Origin: Candidatus Micrarchaeota archaeon
GTDB lineage: Archaea > Micrarchaeota > Micrarchaeia > Norongarragalinales > Norongarragalinaceae
Direction of reading: 5' to 3'
DNA length: 61,191 nucleotides
Assembly (NCBI GenBank): GCA_964477205.1
Contig: CAYZDE010000001.1
Coordinates: forward strand, 1-61,191
Shown: positions 52,697 to 61,191 of the stretch, piece after piece
Layout: every line of letters starts with the position of its first letter
Numbering within the stretch: position 1 is the first letter of the stretch
Made by a program: the position numbers and the translations under genes
The notes under the pieces: generated by a model
Seen by the model: the letters and a program-made list of their open reading frames with translations, nothing else
Told to the model about the DNA's origin: nothing
The model's database searches: none

Positions 52697-53731
52697 TCAG
52701 ATTAGCATTCCGCCGAAAACCGTTCTGATTCCTTCATTCACTGCAATGAAAATTACTATCGCGATTATTGCGAGTATCGGGGCGTAGCGGATACCGTTCA
52801 ATGCCTTGCCCGTACGAATCGTCGATAGGATGAACGCGCCTAGGAAGTTCGTCACCGCCAGGGCGCCAACCGCGAACCACCAGAAATCCTGCGAGGTAAT
52901 GCCTTTTTCAGTGCTGGCCCCCATGCCCATTCCCGGGAGCGAGCTCATTCCTTGCTCCATGGCCATGCCCTGCATGTCTATGTCACCCATCGCGTCGCTT
53001 TGCTTTGCCAGGACTTGCTCGTTCATTTCCGAGTAGAATACGCTCACAGAGAATAGTATGGGTGCGGCGAATGTGGACGCGAAGATAATGAACATCGCGT
53101 ACATTAAAGTGCTGGTTGCGATTTGCTCGCGTAGTTGGTAGTTGCTGCGGATGTCTTCTGAGACTTCTTCGAGGAGTTGGCTCATCTCTCCGCCGAGGTG
53201 GATGCCTTCGACGATTAATCGCACGGCTCGCTCGAGTATGACCGAGCGAACGCGCGTTGTCATCGCGGTTAGCGTCTTTTCAATCGGCGTGCCCCCGAAG
53301 GTGTCCGCGCTAACCCGCTTTATTTCGTCACAGAGCGGCCCGAATTCCGGGCGGGCGGCGGACCAAATCGCGTTCTCCATGGTCATTCCGGCCTTCATGT
53401 TCGCCGAGATTATTTGCAGCATGTCCGGTAGGATCTCCTCGATTTTGTGGGCGCGCGAATCCGCGGTCATTACCAGGTATAAGTAAAAGCATACCAGGAA
53501 AATGCCGAGGACTATCGGCGCAGCAACGGCTTGAATTAATTCATTAGCCGTGAAGAACGGCGTGAAGAAGAAAGCGATTCCCGCCATGCTCATCGAGAAG
53601 AATATCGCGAAGCCGATGAACAAGCGCGGCTGGAGTTCTTCGAATCCGCCTTGCACCATTATTTTGCTCACGTGGCGGATGAAGCCGCGCGGGAAAACCG
53701 AGGATATTTTTTGGTAGATTCGCTCGAACAT
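52697..53731 (-). CDS. type II secretion system F-domain membrane protein (TadC/PilC-half-like)
   Basis: 344-aa polytopic protein with a cytoplasmic helical T2SSF-like domain (LPDMLQIISANMKAGMTMENAI). Adjacent to a second T2SSF gene and the ATPase. Confidence 0.75.
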   Translation of the reverse strand: MFERIYQKISSVFPRGFIRHVSKIMVQGGFEELQPRLFIGFAIFFSMSMAGIAFFFTPFFTANELIQAVAAPIVLGIFLVCFYLYLVMTADSRAHKIEEILPDMLQIISANMKAGMTMENAIWSAARPEFGPLCDEIKRVSADTFGGTPIEKTLTAMTTRVRSVILERAVRLIVEGIHLGGEMSQLLEEVSEDIRSNYQLREQIATSTLMYAMFIIFASTFAAPILFSVSVFYSEMNEQVLAKQSDAMGDIDMQGMAMEQGMSSLPGMGMGASTEKGITSQDFWWFAVGALAVTNFLGAFILSTIRTGKALNGIRYAPILAIIAIVIFIAVNEGIRTVFGGMLI

Positions 53732-54600
53732 TATACTTTAGGCCTCCTCGTCGAAACGAAGTTCATGAAGAATAATTGGAATCCCGCTAGGAATGCGATG
53801 AGTATCGGCAGGATTATCGGCGGTATGCTTGCGCTCAAGAATGACATTAATACCATTAGCATGGTGATGCCGAGGCTGGGGAGGATGACCGCCGCCATCA
53901 TGTAAATCATGATCCAAGGGCTTAATTCTTGGCCGTACTTCTTGATTTTTTCCATTTGCGCGAGCGTCAAGTCGTGCACTAGGACTTCAAGCACGTGCGA
54001 TAAGTCCGAGCCGACTTTCAGCGCGTTCGAAATCTGCCATAATACCTTTCGGAATTGGAGTGACGGGTTTGCAGTCGTTGCCTCCGCAATCGCGTCCAAG
54101 TCGCGCGTTCCGCCGTTAATTTTAGTAACGATTTTCTTGAATTCCACGGAAACCTCGCCGTAATCATTGGAAACGCTGGCCATTGCATTGAACAGAGGCA
54201 CTCCTGACTTTAGTTCGATTAACAGCTGGCGCAGTGCGGGAGTGAGTTGCTGTTCGAGCTTGCGGGCGCGCTTGGTTGCGATGATTTTCGGGTAGTATAG
54301 TATGGTAAAGAAGGTGGCAATTGAAACGATTATGCTCGCTGCTATTGCCAAGGCCGTTAAGTTCATCCCGGCTGCCAGGCTGATGAGCAGTATGAGCAGG
54401 CTCGTGAGTATGAAATTAGTCGTTGCGGTTACGAAAGCGATTGCGCAATAGTCGCGGAGTTTTATCGTATACTCGGCTTGTATCAAGTCCTGGTGTGCCC
54501 CCGGGAAGAGTGAGGAGAGGAAGGATCCTACGTTCTTGAATTTTCGTGAAGCGGTTATTATCAGCTTCGGCGGTACGAAGCTGAGGGGTATCAATATCAT
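53731..54600 (-). CDS. type II secretion system F-domain membrane protein (TadB-like)
   Basis: 289 aa with QLTPALRQLLIELKSGVPLFNAM. 1-nt and 4-nt overlaps with its neighbours. Confidence 0.75.
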   Translation of the reverse strand: MILIPLSFVPPKLIITASRKFKNVGSFLSSLFPGAHQDLIQAEYTIKLRDYCAIAFVTATTNFILTSLLILLISLAAGMNLTALAIAASIIVSIATFFTILYYPKIIATKRARKLEQQLTPALRQLLIELKSGVPLFNAMASVSNDYGEVSVEFKKIVTKINGGTRDLDAIAEATTANPSLQFRKVLWQISNALKVGSDLSHVLEVLVHDLTLAQMEKIKKYGQELSPWIMIYMMAAVILPSLGITMLMVLMSFLSASIPPIILPILIAFLAGFQLFFMNFVSTRRPKV

Positions 54601-56105
54601 TTCGTGCTCTTCCCCGTTAACTGGGAAAGCGGCTTCTTCTTCTTCACCACGTCCAGCACTCGTTCGGGGTCCTTGTAATAATTAGCGATTATGCTCCCCA
54701 GCTTATTGACCTCGTGAACGTCGCCGGCCTTAATGTAATTGAGTATGTTTTCCTTATCCTTCAAATCCTGCGCGAGCTCTTTCTTGGTCATGCCCGCGTG
54801 TAGGACTATCTCTTCGCTGATGCGCTTGTACGCATTCACCCTCTTCAATTTGTCGGTTCGCGCGTCCCACTTGTAAATCGGGTTGAGCTTCACTCCGTCC
54901 TCTTTCCCGCGCGTCATTTCGGCTATTTCAAAGGTGCGCCTGAACCCTTCGCGCCTCTGCCTGTATTGGACGACGATTAAGTGTAGTGCCCCGAGCATGT
55001 TTTCGGGTAGTGCGATTGGGGGGCTGATTAGGCGGCTCTTCACGCGTTCGGCGTCATCCGCGTGCAGCGTAGCGTACACCGAGTGCCCGGTGTGCATTGC
55101 CTCGAATAGTACTTCCGCTTCGCGTTCACGGCGTATTTCCCCTAGGACTATTCGGTCCGGGCGCATACGAAGGGAGTTAATCATCAAGTCGAGCATGGTT
55201 ATCTCGCCTTTTCCCTCGGGGTTCGGCTGGCGCGTGGTTAACGGGGTCCAATGGATGAAGTCGGGCAGCACGAGTTCCCGCGTGTCCTCGATTGATATCA
55301 CGCGTTGGTTAGGCGGAGTGAACGCCAGTAATGAGTTGAGGAAGGAGGTCTTGCCCGACGCGGTTCCCCCTGAAACGAGAACGTTCATTTCGTATTGCAT
55401 GCACAGCCAGAATAGCGCCGCGGCTTCCGAGGTAATCGTGTTGTTCCCTATCATTTGAATGATAGTCCACGGGTCCTTTGAGAACTTTCGAATCGTCAAG
55501 CTGTTTCCCTTTGTGGAAATCGGGAATAGCGTTGCATTCACGCGGTTTCCCGACAGCAAGTGCGCGTCCATTAGCGGTTCTAGGTTGCTTATCTGCTTGC
55601 CGACTTTGCGCCCGATTATCGATGCGTAATTGTGAATCTGCTCTTCCGATGGAATGACTACGTTCGTCTTCAGCCAATTGTGCTTCTTGTGGTAAACCCA
55701 AATCGGCTCGTCCGCGGAGTTCACGACGACTTCCTCGAGGTTTTCATCCGCCAGTATCAATTCCATTTCTCCCAAGCCGAGCATTTCCTGGGTCAAGCGG
55801 CCGACGAGCACTTGCTCTTCCTCTTTACTCAGCCCGCTTAACTCGCTGTGAATGAGTTCGTACGCCTTGTCCACCAAGCGCTTGCGGATGTTCTCGGCTT
55901 CCCGCGGGTCGAGCATTTCAGAGACCTTGATTTGAATGTTCTCGACTATCTTTTCTTTCAAGTAGTTGAGCGCGATTCTAGTGGCTTCCTTGATTTTCGT
56001 GTGCCGTAATTCGTAAGTGTTAACGAATTCGTCATCGCGTTCGACGATGGCGACTTCCGCGGTAACGCCCTCGTTGTTTACCTTGTACTTTTCAATGACT
56101 TTCAC
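54597..56105 (-). CDS. type II/IV secretion ATPase (FlaI/TadA/VirB11 family)
   Basis: Walker A GGTASGKTS, Asp box ISIEDTRE, Walker B RPDRIVLGEIR, His box GHSVYATLHA. Confidence 0.9.
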   Translation of the reverse strand: MKVIEKYKVNNEGVTAEVAIVERDDEFVNTYELRHTKIKEATRIALNYLKEKIVENIQIKVSEMLDPREAENIRKRLVDKAYELIHSELSGLSKEEEQVLVGRLTQEMLGLGEMELILADENLEEVVVNSADEPIWVYHKKHNWLKTNVVIPSEEQIHNYASIIGRKVGKQISNLEPLMDAHLLSGNRVNATLFPISTKGNSLTIRKFSKDPWTIIQMIGNNTITSEAAALFWLCMQYEMNVLVSGGTASGKTSFLNSLLAFTPPNQRVISIEDTRELVLPDFIHWTPLTTRQPNPEGKGEITMLDLMINSLRMRPDRIVLGEIRREREAEVLFEAMHTGHSVYATLHADDAERVKSRLISPPIALPENMLGALHLIVVQYRQRREGFRRTFEIAEMTRGKEDGVKLNPIYKWDARTDKLKRVNAYKRISEEIVLHAGMTKKELAQDLKDKENILNYIKAGDVHEVNKLGSIIANYYKDPERVLDVVKKKKPLSQLTGKSTK

Positions 56106-57016
56106 TTGCGCTTACCCCGCTTTTTCCGCGTTTTTTTCACAAGCTTGCGCTTCGGCGCCTTTGCAATTGCCTTACGCTTTTTTTTCTTATTCTTGAAGAA
56201 GCCCTTTAACACTGACGCTTTTTTCTTCGCCTTTTTTCGTTTGAGTTGCTTTGGTTGCTGCCCTTTTTTCTTGAACAAGTTAAGCCTGCTTAAGAGCGAA
56301 CCCGCCTTCTTCTCTTCCTGCTTTTTCGGCTTTGCTTCCGGCTTCTTTTTCAATTGTTTGGCAGCCTCTTCCTTCTTCGTCAAAGGCTTCGCTTCCTTCT
56401 TCTTTCCGATGAATGGGATTGACGCTAGTAACCGCGCTATTATTCCGGGTTTCCTTTGGCCGACCACGCGGGCGTGCGCCAGTTTAGCCTCGAATTTTTT
56501 TAATTCGGCTTCAAATTGGTCGTGCTTGGATTGTAATTCCTTCAAGCCGTCCTTAAGCGACTTTAATTCTTTTTTGATTGACCCTATTTCCCTTTTAGCA
56601 AATGCCAGTTCGGCTTGCGTGTAATCCCGCTTCTTTTCCAAGGAGGATAATATGCCCCGCGCTTTGTCCAATCGCTTTGAGATGTCATTATGCATGAATT
56701 CGATCATGTGCTCGGAAGTCGCTACTTCCTTTTCCAGTGCCTGCGTTTGTAATAGTATTGCGTTCGCCTTCTCGCGCACTTTCTCCTTTAATTCTTCCTG
56801 CTTTTCCTTTTCTTGTTCGCGGTGCACGAGGTTGATTCCCCAAATAGTATATTGCACTTCAAGCAATTCGCTTTCTTCCAGCAATAGTGCCAGCCGCTCG
56901 ACTTGATTATGGCTTAATGCGAGTGCTTTCGATGCTTGCGTCAGGGAACAAGTCTTATTAGTGCGGACGAAATCCAAGAGCCTGTCTATAACCGTTTCCA
57001 AGTCTTCTTTTACCAT
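56102..57016 (-). CDS. hypothetical coiled-coil protein with an N-terminal wHTH-like domain and a Lys-rich tail
   Basis: N-terminal LLDFVRTNKTCSLTQASKALALSHNQVERLALLLEE, a long coiled-coil middle, and a KKK-rich C-terminus. 4-nt overlap with the ATPase gene. Confidence 0.55.
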   Translation of the reverse strand: MVKEDLETVIDRLLDFVRTNKTCSLTQASKALALSHNQVERLALLLEESELLEVQYTIWGINLVHREQEKEKQEELKEKVREKANAILLQTQALEKEVATSEHMIEFMHNDISKRLDKARGILSSLEKKRDYTQAELAFAKREIGSIKKELKSLKDGLKELQSKHDQFEAELKKFEAKLAHARVVGQRKPGIIARLLASIPFIGKKKEAKPLTKKEEAAKQLKKKPEAKPKKQEEKKAGSLLSRLNLFKKKGQQPKQLKRKKAKKKASVLKGFFKNKKKKRKAIAKAPKRKLVKKTRKKRGKRK

Positions 57017-57054
57017 TTATGCTCATTACCTATTATCGCGTTGCTCTTTAAAAA

Positions 57055-58047
57055 CTAATTATCAAGGGTTACCCCCAAGTACGCTGCTGCTTCATTACTC
57101 AAATAAGCCCACCAGTGCGCCGAGCCGTTAACGGCCCAAGCTTCCGGCGCGGTAGCGTTAAAGTAGTGGTTGTCGACCATTGACTTGTTCAATTCAACCG
57201 GCAATTCTTGTGCTATCAAGTAATCCAAATCCACTACGCTTTGCATTCCAACTACCTCGTCTCCTTGCGCGGCGTAATACTCCGAAGTGTAATCCCGCCC
57301 CTCTAATCGGTCCAGGAAGCTTGCTCCGTCCGGCGACGGCCAGTATATCCCTTGAGAGATTGCAGAGTCGAAAGCACTCAGCCCGCACACATTACTCGAA
57401 TTGAATTCTAGGGTTCGCTGGGCCACCCCGTAAGTGTTCAGCGGCAACAGCGGGTCCTCCATTCCGTTCAAGTCAACGGTTACGCTCGCCGAGTAAACCC
57501 GCGAGAAGTTCGCGTGGAATGAGTCGGCCCGCGTAAACACTGAGATGTTTCCCTCGAATAATAGCTCGCGGTGGTTCAATTGCGTCACATTATAGTATAC
57601 TAGCTCGGCTTCCACTTCGAAACCGTAAGCTTGCCCTTTTTCTTCAATGCGCTCGACCCAGGACAAGAGAGTGTTATTGCTTTCACTTCCCCCCATGATG
57701 CTTGACGGGACCCCTTGAAAAGTGCCGTTAACGGCGAGCTCGGAAATCGTTGCTCTTGCGTTGTCCAAGGGGGCTCCGGAACCTATTACGTGGTTTATCG
57801 CCCCGATTACCGCGCTGTGGCTACTCGCCTTTAATGCGCGCGGGAAATCAACGCTTATTGATTCAGCGTAATTCGAGAGTTCCCTGCCTACCACGCTCGA
57901 AACCAGGAACGCACTCTCCTCGCTCAATTGGTACGCGTGGAGGGTAGCGAATAGTATTACCGGGGTTAGCAGTGCCAAGGTCATTATCGAATACAACAAG
58001 CCGCGCTTCAAGACCAAATAATCACCGCCACTTCCGCAGGCCCCCAC
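57055..58047 (-). CDS. hypothetical secreted or pilin-like protein
   Basis: The ORF-track GTG start at 58047 overlaps the upstream gene by 40 nt. An alternative TTG at 58011 overlaps its TGA stop (TTGA) and would give (M)KRGLLYSIMTLALLTPVILFATL, which resembles a class III signal peptide. Confidence 0.55.
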   Translation of the reverse strand: MGACGSGGDYLVLKRGLLYSIMTLALLTPVILFATLHAYQLSEESAFLVSSVVGRELSNYAESISVDFPRALKASSHSAVIGAINHVIGSGAPLDNARATISELAVNGTFQGVPSSIMGGSESNNTLLSWVERIEEKGQAYGFEVEAELVYYNVTQLNHRELLFEGNISVFTRADSFHANFSRVYSASVTVDLNGMEDPLLPLNTYGVAQRTLEFNSSNVCGLSAFDSAISQGIYWPSPDGASFLDRLEGRDYTSEYYAAQGDEVVGMQSVVDLDYLIAQELPVELNKSMVDNHYFNATAPEAWAVNGSAHWWAYLSNEAAAYLGVTLDN

Positions 58048-61000
58048 ATGAACGGGATGCCTTGGCCTACTATGACCGTCAAGTTAACCGAGTCCCCGAT
58101 TTTCAAGTCGATCGGGTTGTCTATTGCGCCCGAAGGGCTAGACGGGTTGTCGTTCATGAAGTTTAACGTATCGAGCAGCCGCTGCAACGCATTGTCGACC
58201 CCGTTATTATTCGTATCCAAGTATTCGGGAGTCACATACTCGTCGCCTGCTGACTCGAGTTTTTCGCTCCCGATGCTAATATTAATCGACCCGTCCGACA
58301 CGCCGTCGTAATCCAAGTCGTAGTATACCGTTGCATTCCTCGAGTAGCATTCAGGAAAGATTGAAGAGTAGTTTACTTGCGCACGCAGGCGGCCCGTGTA
58401 AATAACCCTATTATCGTTCGAGCACTCGGAGCTGGCATTCCCGTAACTAGTCCCGGTTTGCACGCTGAATTCGTTCGATTCTCCACTGCTTATTTTTGAA
58501 GCATTGAATTGCACTACGAACGGGTCGCCCAAGTACTCGTAGTCGAGAGCGTACTCTGCGAGGTTAAAGACTACGCCCCCCTGCACCTGCACGAGGTCCG
58601 TCCACTTGTCCGCGGAGTATGAAGTAATCATCGCTTCGTCCACGCTTATTGCATCGGGTATGAATACCGAGCCGTTGCACGATGGCAGGGCCGGAGTCTC
58701 TATGGTCACGCTCAAGTCCCCGTATTCGTACTCGCTCGCCTCGGGAATGAATGAGAATTCAATGTAAGAGTCCGGGTAGAGCGTTGCATTGAAGTCGCCG
58801 GTCGAAATGTTCAATAATTGTGATGCATTAGATTCTTCGACTATGGTGCGCGCTAGGCTGGTGTAGAACTCGGCTAGCTCGGAAGCGTTACTACTCGTGA
58901 AGTACGACCCGTTTCCGCAATCCGCCACCGCGTTCAGCGTATCGTCAGCTAATCCACAAGATGCAACCGGGCCGAAGCCAACAGAGTAAACAGTCGCGTT
59001 CAAGTCGTAGTGCGCGCGGCACGAGCTCCAATTCGCGTTTCGCGCAGCCCAATTACTAGAGAACGAGCTGAAGCAGGAGCTGCTGTCTCCGCAGGAAATG
59101 CCGGTCGAAGCCGTGCCCATCTCAGCGTTCATTTTAATTGACCAAGAAGAGCCGTCCCAATAATATAGTTCATTCCTGCCGGCGACGAACCCTTCGGTCG
59201 AGTTCTTGAAAGCGATGCCTTCCCCGGTGGATACGGGTGAAGTGAAATCGTACCACGATTCGCCGTCCCAAACGTCGATTTCCCCGGTGCTACTCAACAA
59301 AGCGAACGCGCTCTCGTTAATCGGGGCAACATCGTACCAAAGCTGCCCGCCGGTATCGTCGAAGTTGCTCCAACCATCCGCACCCGTCCATTCGTAAACG
59401 CGGCCCCCGTAGCCAGCGGCAATGGCGCGCGTTGAGTTGAGGAACTTCACATCGTAAATGCTGTTAGTGAAACCGGACGGCTCGTAATAAGACCAGCTCG
59501 AACCGTCCCAATCCGCGACGCGGTCATCATCGGAAGAACGGCCGACGGCTAGCGCGAGATTTGCATTCCAAATGTCCACTCCCCGCCACTCCTCGCCGCC
59601 GGTGTCCCTGCTTTGGCTCCACAAAGCGCCGTTGTACCCATAAATTTTGCCGTACCTGCCTACCGCGAACCCGAACGAAGAAGAGTGCATTGAGATGCCG
59701 TAGAAGTAATAGTAGCCGACGTCTTGAACATAATCAAAATCGGTTCCGTCGAACTCGCCGAACCTTCCGGAGTAGCCCGCGGCCCAAGCGTTGTCGGCAT
59801 CGTAACCGGATACCGTGTAAAAGTCAGTGCTAGTGCCCGCGGAGTACGCTTGATAATCAGTGGAGTTGAAGTGCGCGAAGTAACCGTAATCCTCGGAAGC
59901 AAAGTACTGCTCGTCCTCGTAATCAACATCGTAATAGCGTACGCACTCCTCGTTACCGCGGTAATTCGCGACTCCGTCACTCATAACGATTATGTACTGC
60001 GTCCGGTTCTCGTTGGAATGCTCTTCCAAAAGGTCGTACGCCTTGTTAATCGCGCAAGCAATGCAAGTCCCGCCGTTCGCGGTGTACCCGCTTATCACGC
60101 TTTCCAGGTATTCCTGGTCATCCGTGAATAAAGTGTAATTCATCACGCTGGTGCTGAACGACACGAGTGCCACCTTGTTGCCGACGCCTTCCATTATCGC
60201 TGCGACGAAGTCCGCGTCAATGCACTTCGCAACGCTGATGCGCTGCGTGTCGGAATCGTACAAATCGGGATTATCACAGTTCCTGCTAGTTCCGTAACTA
60301 TCGCTCCCCATCTGCCAAGCCATGCTCCCTGAAACGTCCGTAATCAATACTATGTCCGCGTACCCGGTTTCCCCGGTGGCGTTCGCGAACACTTGAAAAC
60401 GAATTGGTACCGTACGCGAACTCAATTCGCCTTCGAAAGAAAAGTTAGCCGCGAAGTCCGCGTTGGAAACGAATTCAGTCTGCTCTTCGTATTGCCCCTC
60501 GTCGTAGAGCATGGTCTTGTTTCCAACGAAGAAGTACGTAGTGTAGTTGTTTCGGAAGTGCAGGCTCGCATTGATTCCGGTTAGATTGCCCGGAACATAA
60601 AACGAGCCGTAATAATTCGGGAGCCCGTCAATTCCCGGGAAGTACTCGCGCTTCGTTGACTCCTGGTCGGGCGTAACCCTGCTGGTCTCGTAAACGATTT
60701 CAACAAAACCCCCCCCGAAGTAATGGCTCAACAGTTGAGAGCCCGTGAAGTTGAATGATACATTATTTTCCGAAGCGCTAGCGTCCAAGTAACCAAGGCA
60801 GGTTGCATTCGTTATTGCCCACGAGTCCACGCTGTAATTATCACCCGGGTCCGCGCGATACAACTCTTCACACTCGTTACCATTAATCGAAAGCAGGAAA
60901 TCGTCGCCCGCATTCGCTTCTACAATAATCCCGTTGAACACGGCATCCGATGAAATGCCGCGCAATGAAACCGTCACATTGCCTTGGCCCGCAAAACCCC

Positions 61001-61191
61001 CTAGGAAAGCGTAAGCCCGCTCGTTCTTCCCGCGAATCTTGTGGAGGAAAGCGCGCGCAACGCATCCGGTACTCGGCCTCGAACTGTTTACCCCCGAAAC
61101 CATGCGCCGGCTAACCGCGAGAGTGCGCGCAGGTTTAAAGTAAGTCGTGTTGTAAATGACCGAGCCGTCGAAAGAAACTGCCCACTCGAGC
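58008..61191 (-). CDS. very large vWA-domain / beta-propeller surface protein (5' end outside the window)
   Basis: vWA MIDAS DIVLITDVSGSM. Repeated W-x-G/DG-x-W propeller-like units (e.g. WDGSSWSYYEPSG, EWTGADGWSNFDDTG, WDGESWYDF, YWDGSSWSI). Many N-x-S/T sequons. The frame upstream of the first Met (61103) has no stop up to 61191, so the gene is truncated by the window. Confidence 0.8.
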   Translation of the reverse strand, partial: LEWAVSFDGSVIYNTTYFKPARTLAVSRRMVSGVNSSRPSTGCVARAFLHKIRGKNERAYAFLGGFAGQGNVTVSLRGISSDAVFNGIIVEANAGDDFLLSINGNECEELYRADPGDNYSVDSWAITNATCLGYLDASASENNVSFNFTGSQLLSHYFGGGFVEIVYETSRVTPDQESTKREYFPGIDGLPNYYGSFYVPGNLTGINASLHFRNNYTTYFFVGNKTMLYDEGQYEEQTEFVSNADFAANFSFEGELSSRTVPIRFQVFANATGETGYADIVLITDVSGSMAWQMGSDSYGTSRNCDNPDLYDSDTQRISVAKCIDADFVAAIMEGVGNKVALVSFSTSVMNYTLFTDDQEYLESVISGYTANGGTCIACAINKAYDLLEEHSNENRTQYIIVMSDGVANYRGNEECVRYYDVDYEDEQYFASEDYGYFAHFNSTDYQAYSAGTSTDFYTVSGYDADNAWAAGYSGRFGEFDGTDFDYVQDVGYYYFYGISMHSSSFGFAVGRYGKIYGYNGALWSQSRDTGGEEWRGVDIWNANLALAVGRSSDDDRVADWDGSSWSYYEPSGFTNSIYDVKFLNSTRAIAAGYGGRVYEWTGADGWSNFDDTGGQLWYDVAPINESAFALLSSTGEIDVWDGESWYDFTSPVSTGEGIAFKNSTEGFVAGRNELYYWDGSSWSIKMNAEMGTASTGISCGDSSSCFSSFSSNWAARNANWSSCRAHYDLNATVYSVGFGPVASCGLADDTLNAVADCGNGSYFTSSNASELAEFYTSLARTIVEESNASQLLNISTGDFNATLYPDSYIEFSFIPEASEYEYGDLSVTIETPALPSCNGSVFIPDAISVDEAMITSYSADKWTDLVQVQGGVVFNLAEYALDYEYLGDPFVVQFNASKISSGESNEFSVQTGTSYGNASSECSNDNRVIYTGRLRAQVNYSSIFPECYSRNATVYYDLDYDGVSDGSINISIGSEKLESAGDEYVTPEYLDTNNNGVDNALQRLLDTLNFMNDNPSSPSGAIDNPIDLKIGDSVNLTVIVGQGIPFMWGPAEVAVIIWS

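Noticed and set aside
1317-56624. Many antisense or off-frame ORFs in the track that lie inside well-supported genes (e.g. 1735..2205, 3182..3769, 7151..7738, 10115..10477, 15763..16122, 38224..38670, 39734..40099, 53142..53486, 54883..55458, 56106..56624).
   Set aside because: They are shadow ORFs opposite or overlapping genes with strong family motifs. They have low-complexity or Arg/Ser/Pro-rich translations and no motifs of their own.

Overview
This is a gene-dense archaeal chromosomal segment. Supporting evidence: a split RNA polymerase B subunit, a thermosome, a histone, the exosome/proteasome/RNase P superoperon, an archaeal-type AlaRS, BHB-type tRNA introns, TATA-like AT boxes and oligo-T terminators. 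Many proteins are shorter than their usual archaeal counterparts (L15e, Rpp30, Rrp4, RpoA), which suggests a streamlined, possibly DPANN-like uncultured lineage; that placement is inference only.

Content from left to right:
- rpoH-rpoB''-rpoB'-(membrane ORF)-rpoA operon with an unsplit A subunit
- thermosome and MetRS
- a tRNA-Glu-like gene overlapped by a free-standing LAGLIDADG gene
- dTMP kinase and polyprenol-phosphate enzymes
- a double-intron tRNA(CAU) followed by two paralogous minimal radical-SAM genes
- AlaRS, then RNase P RNA with tandem hairpin repeats
- a surface protein, a ZIP transporter, and a DUF134/DUF5320 RGG pair
- UppP
- an AT-rich two-gene HTH + nucleotidyltransferase island
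- split transketolase, PGI/PMI, a redox operon and GDH
- the L37ae-Rrp42-Rrp41-Rrp4-SBDS-PsmA-Pop5-HAM1-Rpp30-L15e-histone block
- a split Hef helicase/nuclease, ScpB and S2
- AmmeMemoRadiSam components
- a GTPase-DUF2073-Zn-ribbon triad
- a type IV pilus-like (Tad/Epd-like) locus ending in a very large vWA/beta-propeller protein that is truncated by the window edge

Three stretches are visibly AT-richer than the rest by eye: 1-170, ~13980-14950 and ~26480-28085. No rRNA genes or CRISPR arrays were seen. Everything here comes from reading the sequence and the ORF translations. No database search was run.
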